A stretch of 7,227 bases of DNA, taken from Nanobdellota archaeon. GTDB lineage: Archaea > Nanobdellota > Nanobdellia > Nanobdellales > Nanobdellaceae. Of this stretch, positions 1 to 4,238 are shown in pieces. The notes under the pieces were generated by a model. That model did no database searches. It worked only from the letters and a program-made list of their open reading frames with translations, and was not told the origin of the DNA. The first letter of the stretch is position 1. Each line of letters opens with the position of its first letter. The position numbers and the translations under genes were made by a program. The DNA lies in the NCBI GenBank assembly GCA_020697515.1, contig JAIXNB010000032.1:1-7227 (forward strand), read 5' to 3'.

Positions 1-1033
1 AACCAATATCACAAACTACTGTACAGGTTTCGCCTGGTTCACATATATTGTTATTATTATTATCATCATTTATTGTACATGTTCTAGATCCTACATTAGT
101 ATTATTATAGACGTTGATAATACCGATTTCTACTCTATAAATGGTCCTATCGGAAATTGGATATACATCAAATTCCATTTCTGTTGTATAACCATATAAT
201 ATCTGCTTGATATTATCCTTCCTCAAATATGTTATAATATCTGCTTTTACACCACCTACGTCTTCACCTGAATTATCATCATCCATATCAAACCCTATTG
301 CTAGGTAATTACGAGTTTCACTTTTATCAATATCACAAACTACTGTACAGGTTTCGCCTGGTTCACATATATTGTTATTATTATTATCATCATTTATTGT
401 ACACTGAGAACCTCCGACAACATCATTAAAATTCTTATCATTTGTCCAGATAACACCTACCCCATAAATATGTTCACTGGGTCCAAGCGTTATTTTAAAT
501 TTTAGTTCTACAGAACTATCTCTTAATTTTTGAAGGATACTTTCTTTTTTCCAATAATAGATTTTATCTGCTCCTATATCACCCACCTTAGTCCCAGTGT
601 CAGTACCATCCATATCAAACCCTACCACTAGATACCATCCGGGTCCCCTGTGGGGGGCAGTTCCTAAATCAATATCACAAACTACTGTACAGGTTTCGCC
701 TGGTTCACATATATTGTTATTATTATCATTTATTGTACATGTTCGTTCTTCCATAAAATCTGTGGCGTCATTAAACCCATAACCAGTGTACCAAGCAATA
801 TCTACTCCATGAATAGTTTCACCGGGACCTGGGGTTATTTTGAATGTTAATCTATGATAATCCTCCCCAATCCATGCTACTTCTCTGCTATTATCCCAAT
901 AGTGCTCTAGAACTACATCTGAAATACTTAAAGCACACACACCATTTGCTGATAATACTACAATGGCGAGGATACCTAATAGCAAAAAATTGCTTATTGA
1001 CATATTAATAGCTTTTATCAGTTTTTTCTCCAT
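1..1033 (-). CDS. Secreted/surface repeat protein, N-terminal 344 codons (C-terminus runs off the window start): signal peptide plus at least 3 tandem ~108-114-aa modules, each with a 4-Cys cassette
   Basis: Absent from the supplied track because there is no stop in the window. My hand translation of the minus strand from ATG 1033..1031 stays open to position 2. N-terminus MEKKLIKAINMSISNFLLLGILAIVVLSANGVCA/LSISD has a hydrophobic core and a V-x-A cleavage-like site. An alternative in-frame ATG lies at 1003..1001. Recurrent motifs are (K/T)FKIT.GP.E.I.GV, CTIND(D)N4-5ICEPGETCTVVCDI and GFDMD(D/G). A TATA-like octamer sits at -30..-23. Confidence 0.75.
   Translation of the reverse strand, partial: MEKKLIKAINMSISNFLLLGILAIVVLSANGVCALSISDVVLEHYWDNSREVAWIGEDYHRLTFKITPGPGETIHGVDIAWYTGYGFNDATDFMEERTCTINDNNNNICEPGETCTVVCDIDLGTAPHRGPGWYLVVGFDMDGTDTGTKVGDIGADKIYYWKKESILQKLRDSSVELKFKITLGPSEHIYGVGVIWTNDKNFNDVVGGSQCTINDDNNNNNICEPGETCTVVCDIDKSETRNYLAIGFDMDDDNSGEDVGGVKADIITYLRKDNIKQILYGYTTEMEFDVYPISDRTIYRVEIGIINVYNNTNVGSRTCTINDDNNNNNICEPGETCTVVCDIG
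4..79. repeat. 76-bp direct repeat, copy 1 (encodes CTINDDNNNNNICEPGETCTVVCDI on the minus strand)
   Basis: caatatcacaaactactgtacaggtttcgcctggttcacatatattgttattattattatcatcatttattgtaca is identical base for base to 328..403 by my comparison. Confidence 0.95.
328..403. repeat. 76-bp direct repeat, copy 2
   Basis: Identical to 4..79. The start-to-start offset of 324 bp equals 108 codons, so it is in frame. Confidence 0.95.
670..739. repeat. 70-bp direct repeat, copy 3 (same unit with a 6-nt in-frame deletion in the TAT/CAT triplet run)
   Basis: The first 57 nt and last 13 nt are identical to the other copies, and tatcat is missing, giving INDNNNNIC instead of INDDNNNNNIC. The offset from copy 2 is 342 bp, or 114 codons. 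Confidence 0.95.
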
Positions 1034-1055
1034 AAATATGCTAATCAATACCTCG

Positions 1056-1063
1056 TTTATAAA
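1056..1063 (-). promoter_or_regulatory. Archaeal TATA/box-A candidate for the surface-protein gene (leaderless mRNA implied)
   Basis: The minus strand reads TTTATAAA exactly at -30..-23 relative to the A of ATG 1033. Confidence 0.4.
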
Positions 1064-1115
1064 AGTTATTTTTACCACTCTATCATAAGTGCATAGGAAT
1101 CATCTATCTAGATAA

Positions 1116-1199
1116 CGCCGCGGGCGGGATTCGAACCCGCGCCCCCTTACGGGGAACGGATTAGCAATCCGTCCCCTTGGGCCGCTCGGGCACCGCGGC
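1116..1199 (-). tRNA. tRNA-Ser(GCU): tRNA-Ser (anticodon GCU), class II, 84 nt, no intron, no encoded CCA
   Basis: Minus strand, folded by hand: GCCGCGG UG CCC GAGCGGCCCAA GGG G ACGGA UUGCUAA UCCGU UCCCCGUAAGGGGGC GCGGG UUCGAAU CCCGC CCGCGGC G. It has a 7-bp all-G:C acceptor stem, a 3-bp D stem, a long variable arm (CCCC/GGGG), a GTTCGAATC T-loop, A37 and discriminator G73. Confidence 0.93.
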
Positions 1200-1203
1200 A
1201 ATG

Positions 1204-1287
1204 TGCGGGGGCGGGGATTCGAACCCCGGACGGCCCTTAGCCACCGGGACCTAAACCCGGCCCCTTTGACCGCTCGGGCACCCCCGC
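1204..1287 (-). tRNA. tRNA-Leu(UAG): tRNA-Leu (anticodon UAG), class II, 84 nt, no intron, no encoded CCA
   Basis: Minus strand: GCGGGGG UG CCC GAGCGGUCAAA GGG G CCGGG UUUAGGU CCCGG UGGCUAAGGGCCGUC CGGGG UUCGAAU CCCCG CCCCCGC A. All stems pair, with G37, discriminator A73 and a long variable arm. It lies 4 nt (CAUU) upstream of tRNA-Ser on the same strand. Confidence 0.93.
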
Positions 1288-1312
1288 AATAACTAATTAT
1301 TTTGAATGGAAC

Positions 1313-1322
1313 TATTTAAAAT
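1313..1322. promoter_or_regulatory. Shared, near-symmetric TATA element between the divergent tRNA operon (-) and the DHH gene (+)
   Basis: The plus strand reads TATTTAAAAT, with TTTAAAAT at 1315..1322, which is -30..-23 of ATG 1345. The minus strand reads TTTTAAATA at -34..-26 of the tRNA-Leu 5' end (1287). It is the only TATA-like element in the 57-bp spacer. Confidence 0.45.
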
Positions 1323-1344
1323 TAACTAAAGATCCTATCTTACA

Positions 1345-2385
1345 ATGATCTACAAAAAAATTGCAAACACCATAAAGAAAATTGATAATGCATTAGTTGT
1401 TACAGATAATGATCCGGATGGTATTTCTGCAGCAATTTTAATGAAAGTGATACTAAACAGGTTGGGTAAAGAGTACGGTATAGTGGTTAGAGATCATAGG
1501 AAGTTAGATAATTTAAGGGACATCATTAAAAATCATTCATCTTACAGTTCATATATTTTCTTAGACTCACCCTTTCCAGACAAGGATCTAATAGAAATGG
1601 CAACAAATTATAAGGATAGAGTATTTATTTATATAGATCATCATAAAAGAGCGATTCCAGAAGAATTACCAGAAAATCTGAAATATTATGATATACGTGC
1701 TTTAGGAATGGAAATAGGATCTACCGCTGGTATAGCTTATAAAGTAGGAAAAACTTTATTTAAAAATGATTTCAAAAGATATTCGATAATAGCAATGATT
1801 GGGGCGATTGGTGATTGGATGGTTGATGAAGACATATTGGAAGATTTTAATTCTGAATACAAAAATAGATTTGTTCAAAATAAAATATTTCTTTATCCCA
1901 CCTTTATTCTATTCAATACTTTCTTATTCGGTAACAGTAAAGAGCTTGTGGAAAATGGAGAGCTATTGATAGATAATCCTTATGCATTTTTTAGTAGTAT
2001 AGATTATGATTTTATTTCTAAGAGGATTAAATCTTTCTATAAAAAAATTGCCAATTTAGAGAAGATATATGAAAGTGAAAAATTACTAGTTTTTAAATCT
2101 AAGGGTACTATATCTATAATCGCGTCATTTATTCATGTATTATATCCAAGTAAAATACTGATAATAGTATCAAATACTGCTGATAACTTTTTAGAAAAAA
2201 TATTCCCAAGAAAATATAAGGTATCTGTTAGATGTAGTTTGGAAAAAATGGATGTAGGAAAACTTATGAGTGAGTTCACAAGCAGATATGGGATATATGG
2301 AGGAGGTCACCCAGCAGCCGCGGGAGGGAAGATTTGGATAAAAGATTTAGGAAAGTTAATAGAATTTTTGGAAAGCAGAATATGA
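1345..2385 (+). CDS. DHH/DHHA1-family phosphoesterase (archaeal RecJ/Cdc45-GAN-like or NrnA-like nuclease/phosphatase), 346 aa
   Basis: The DHH motifs are all present: VVTDNDPDGISAA (motifs I/II), YIDHHKR (DHH at 1636..1644), GAIGDW (motif IV) and the DHHA1 signature GGGHPAAAGG near the C-terminus. The stop TGA 2383..2385 overlaps the next ATG. Confidence 0.85.
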   Translation: MIYKKIANTIKKIDNALVVTDNDPDGISAAILMKVILNRLGKEYGIVVRDHRKLDNLRDIIKNHSSYSSYIFLDSPFPDKDLIEMATNYKDRVFIYIDHHKRAIPEELPENLKYYDIRALGMEIGSTAGIAYKVGKTLFKNDFKRYSIIAMIGAIGDWMVDEDILEDFNSEYKNRFVQNKIFLYPTFILFNTFLFGNSKELVENGELLIDNPYAFFSSIDYDFISKRIKSFYKKIANLEKIYESEKLLVFKSKGTISIIASFIHVLYPSKILIIVSNTADNFLEKIFPRKYKVSVRCSLEKMDVGKLMSEFTSRYGIYGGGHPAAAGGKIWIKDLGKLIEFLESRI

Positions 2386-4166
2386 GGCAAATAAAATTTT
2401 ATCAAGCACTCCTAATATTTGTAAGTGCTATTGCAGGTACAGGTATATTTTTTACCCCGATAATATTGACTAAACATACCAATCTAGTTATATACCAAAT
2501 TTATCTATGGATCTTTATTGGAATATTATTTGTACTATTTTCCGTGGTTTTTGCAAATATGATATACATACTTCCTAAAAAAGGAGGAATCTATGACTAT
2601 GTTAAACACCTCAATAAACATATAGGATTCTTAGCGGGATGGTTAGAATACTTCTCCATTGTAATAGTTTCTGCATTTCTTCTGAATTTATCTCTAACTA
2701 CTCTATCTCAGTTTTTTAGTATTAATACAATTATAGTTAGCATACTACTTATTTCGTTTTTCACAATTTTAATTCTCCTTGGTGCCAGAATAAGTTTGAA
2801 TGTTCTTACAGCATTCGGACTATTTACTCTGATCACTTTTATATCAGTATTTTTTTATAGCATTTTTTCTTTAATCCATATAGACTTCTCTAGGTTGTAC
2901 ATAAACCAAGAGGAACATTGGATATTATACTTGCCTATAATGATAGCTGCTATATTCGAGACTTATGCGGGTATAGAGATATTAGGATACTTTGCAAATA
3001 GAGATAATGCGAGGAAATTATCAAAAGCTACAATTTTTGGATCAATAGTACTCTATATACTATATATATTCCTAACCGCTTTTATGATAATTTGTTCCTA
3101 TTACTTTAGAGAATTTTATGAGCTATCATTTATCGGAAAGGTTCTATTATTGTTAGTAAGTCTGCAGATGTTTGGAACAATATTCGCATGGATGACTAGT
3201 GCCCCAAATTTATTATATAGAATGGCGGAGGATGAAAACCTTCCCTCAATATTTAAACGGATTAATAAGTACAGAGTACCGTCCTTATCCGTATTGCTAA
3301 CAGGGTTACTAATTTTATTTTTCTTTTTAACAGGGGCTTTCGAGTCTTTAATAAAATATTATTTTATATCAATAATAACAATATACTCCTTAGTTTCTTT
3401 TACGTACTTAAAGCTATCCAACACCAAAAAGCCGTTTTTACCTAAAAGGATATCAAAACTCTGCGCGGTTCTATCAATTATTCTATCAATACTTCTATTA
3501 ACACTGTATAGCAAGGAAGCTATCTATCTAACTCCTTTATTAATCGTAGGTTTATCTTTTTATATTGCTAAAGAAATTCAGAGGAATAAAATCCTTATAA
3601 GGGTGTTCCATGAAATATTCTCTCCAATTATAGACAAATTTTGGGTATTATTCACTAAAGATGACATAAGAATTATCGAAAGGTTAGTAGGGGATCTAAA
3701 TAACAAAATAATACTAGATTTTGGGGCATCTACTGGTCCAATTAGTATATATCTTGCGGAGAGATATAATTGTATTGTATACTCCTCTGAAATATCCAAA
3801 CATGCATTAAAAATCCTGAAGAAAAAAATACAGAAAAAGAAAATTACAAATATTATACCCATCCTAGATGAACCTGATAGGATTTTTGAGAAGTTTGAGG
3901 AATTCTTTGATATTGTAATAGCATATAACACTTTATCATTTCTAAAAGAGAGAGATTTGTTTTTCAGAGATCTTTATAGAGCTTTGAAACCTGGAGGAGT
4001 TTTTGTTGCAATAGTTTATGATAACATTTTCAAAATATTCGAGGCTCCGAGTTGGATCAAAGATATTGACATCATTTTGTCAAGATATGGGTTTGAGGCA
4101 GTAGTTATTAAAGAAAAACACATAATGTGGGATAAGATTATTATTTTTGCTAAGAAAATCAGATGA
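2382..4166 (+). CDS. APC-superfamily amino-acid/polyamine-type permease (12 predicted TM helices) fused to a C-terminal class-I SAM-dependent methyltransferase domain, 594 aa from ATG 2382
   Basis: The track ORF begins at 2334 inside the DHH gene. I prefer the in-frame ATG 2382, which forms ATGA with the upstream stop and immediately precedes TM1. Permease motifs are AIAGTGIFFTP, PKKGGIYDYV, ETYAGIE and YRMAEDENLPSIFKRINKYRVP, with 12 hydrophobic segments counted by eye. The reading frame continues without a stop into the MTase motifs. Confidence 0.85.
   Translation: MRQIKFYQALLIFVSAIAGTGIFFTPIILTKHTNLVIYQIYLWIFIGILFVLFSVVFANMIYILPKKGGIYDYVKHLNKHIGFLAGWLEYFSIVIVSAFLLNLSLTTLSQFFSINTIIVSILLISFFTILILLGARISLNVLTAFGLFTLITFISVFFYSIFSLIHIDFSRLYINQEEHWILYLPIMIAAIFETYAGIEILGYFANRDNARKLSKATIFGSIVLYILYIFLTAFMIICSYYFREFYELSFIGKVLLLLVSLQMFGTIFAWMTSAPNLLYRMAEDENLPSIFKRINKYRVPSLSVLLTGLLILFFFLTGAFESLIKYYFISIITIYSLVSFTYLKLSNTKKPFLPKRISKLCAVLSIILSILLLTLYSKEAIYLTPLLIVGLSFYIAKEIQRNKILIRVFHEIFSPIIDKFWVLFTKDDIRIIERLVGDLNNKIILDFGASTGPISIYLAERYNCIVYSSEISKHALKILKKKIQKKKITNIIPILDEPDRIFEKFEEFFDIVIAYNTLSFLKERDLFFRDLYRALKPGGVFVAIVYDNIFKIFEAPSWIKDIDIILSRYGFEAVVIKEKHIMWDKIIIFAKKIR
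3580..4163 (+). other. Methyltransferase domain of the fusion protein (Methyltransf_11/25-like)
   Basis: Motif I is ILDFGASTG (3711..3737). Also present are the acidic post-I residue in VYSSEIS, FDIVIAYNTL and the LKPGGVFVAIV motif. There is no in-frame Met between TM12 and motif I. Confidence 0.7.
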
Positions 4167-4208
4167 GAGCGAGGCTCTTCATTGATCAAGGCCCCGAATC
4201 CTCATCAC
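4159..4208 (-). ncRNA. Candidate archaeal C/D-box sRNA (2'-O-methylation guide)
   Basis: Minus strand: C box GUGAUGA (4208..4202), 12-nt guide GGAUUCGGGGCC, D' UUGA (4189..4186), loop UCA, C' AUGAAGA (4182..4176), 13-nt guide GCCUCGCUCUCAU, D box CUGA (4162..4159), followed by UUUUCUU. It sits in the only GC-enriched intergenic patch. AA/UU could close a short terminal stem. A weak TATA-like CATATAAG lies ~25 nt upstream of the C box. The D-guide end overlaps the stop codon of the permease gene in antisense. Confidence 0.6.
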
Positions 4209-4216
4209 TTATAATT
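4209..4216 (+). promoter_or_regulatory. TATA/box-A candidate for the PP-loop/NFACT operon (leaderless mRNA implied)
   Basis: TTATAATT lies exactly at -30..-23 relative to the A of ATG 4239. Confidence 0.4.
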
Positions 4217-4226
4217 TTTTGTTTTT
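4215..4226 (+). terminator. Oligo-T tracts (T6 G T5), candidate archaeal terminator for the DHH-permease transcription unit
   Basis: ttttttgttttt lies ~50 nt after stop 4166. Archaeal RNA polymerase terminates at oligo-T runs. The tract overlaps the next promoter. Confidence 0.35.
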
Positions 4227-4238
4227 CAGAAAGCTTAT

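Noticed and set aside
4-739. The three 70-76-bp repeats as a CRISPR array
   Set aside because: The unit is too long, the intervals of ~250-270 bp are far too long for spacers, all copies are in frame in one ORF, and the intervals are homologous to each other at the protein level.
4-739. The repeats as DGR template/variable repeats (the AAY Asn codon run is reminiscent of DGR targets, and DGRs are known in Nanoarchaeota-like lineages)
   Set aside because: VR/TR pairs differ at adenine positions, whereas the copies here are identical apart from a triplet indel, and no reverse transcriptase is in the window. It is still worth a genome-wide reverse transcriptase and template-repeat search.
597-782. 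Track ORF (+, 61 aa) overlapping repeat copy 3
   Set aside because: It lies antisense to the long open minus-strand frame that has a signal peptide and repeated protein motifs. Its product is low-complexity with no motifs, so it is a shadow ORF.
1116-1287. Split tRNA halves, tRNA introns or permuted tRNAs (expected in Nanoarchaeota-like genomes)
   Set aside because: Both tRNAs fold as continuous 84-nt cloverleaves with intact anticodon loops. I saw no bulge-helix-bulge motif and no orphan GC-rich half-molecule elsewhere in the window.
1351-2064. Duplicate YKKIAN hexapeptide in the DHH protein (aa 3-8 and ~230-235)
   Set aside because: It is a short Lys/Ile-rich match in an AT-rich genome with no extended similarity around it, so it is probably chance.
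2317-2329. gccgcgggaggga resembles the tRNA-Ser 3' end (1117..1129 gccgcgggcggga, 12/13), a possible att-site remnant of an integrated element
   Set aside because: It encodes the conserved DHHA1 motif (PAAAGGK), which forces GC-rich Ala/Gly codons. The match is short, and I saw no integrase or other mobile-element signature.
2334-2381. Upstream extension of the permease ORF (MDKRFRKVNRIFGKQN)
   Set aside because: It lies wholly inside the conserved DHHA1 C-terminus of the upstream gene in another frame. ATG 2382 gives the ATGA junction and a normal short cytoplasmic N-terminus before TM1.
3578-3931. Track ORF (-, 117 aa) inside the methyltransferase domain region
   Set aside because: It is antisense to a frame with clear MTase motifs. 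The product is Ile/Phe/Ser-rich low complexity, typical of AT-rich shadow ORFs, with no promoter-like context.
4160-4210. Plus-strand reading of the GC-rich patch as a C/D sRNA or hairpin terminator
   Set aside because: The plus strand has only an imperfect AGAUGAG and no downstream CUGA D box, and I found no convincing stem-loop. The minus strand satisfies all four boxes with correct spacing.
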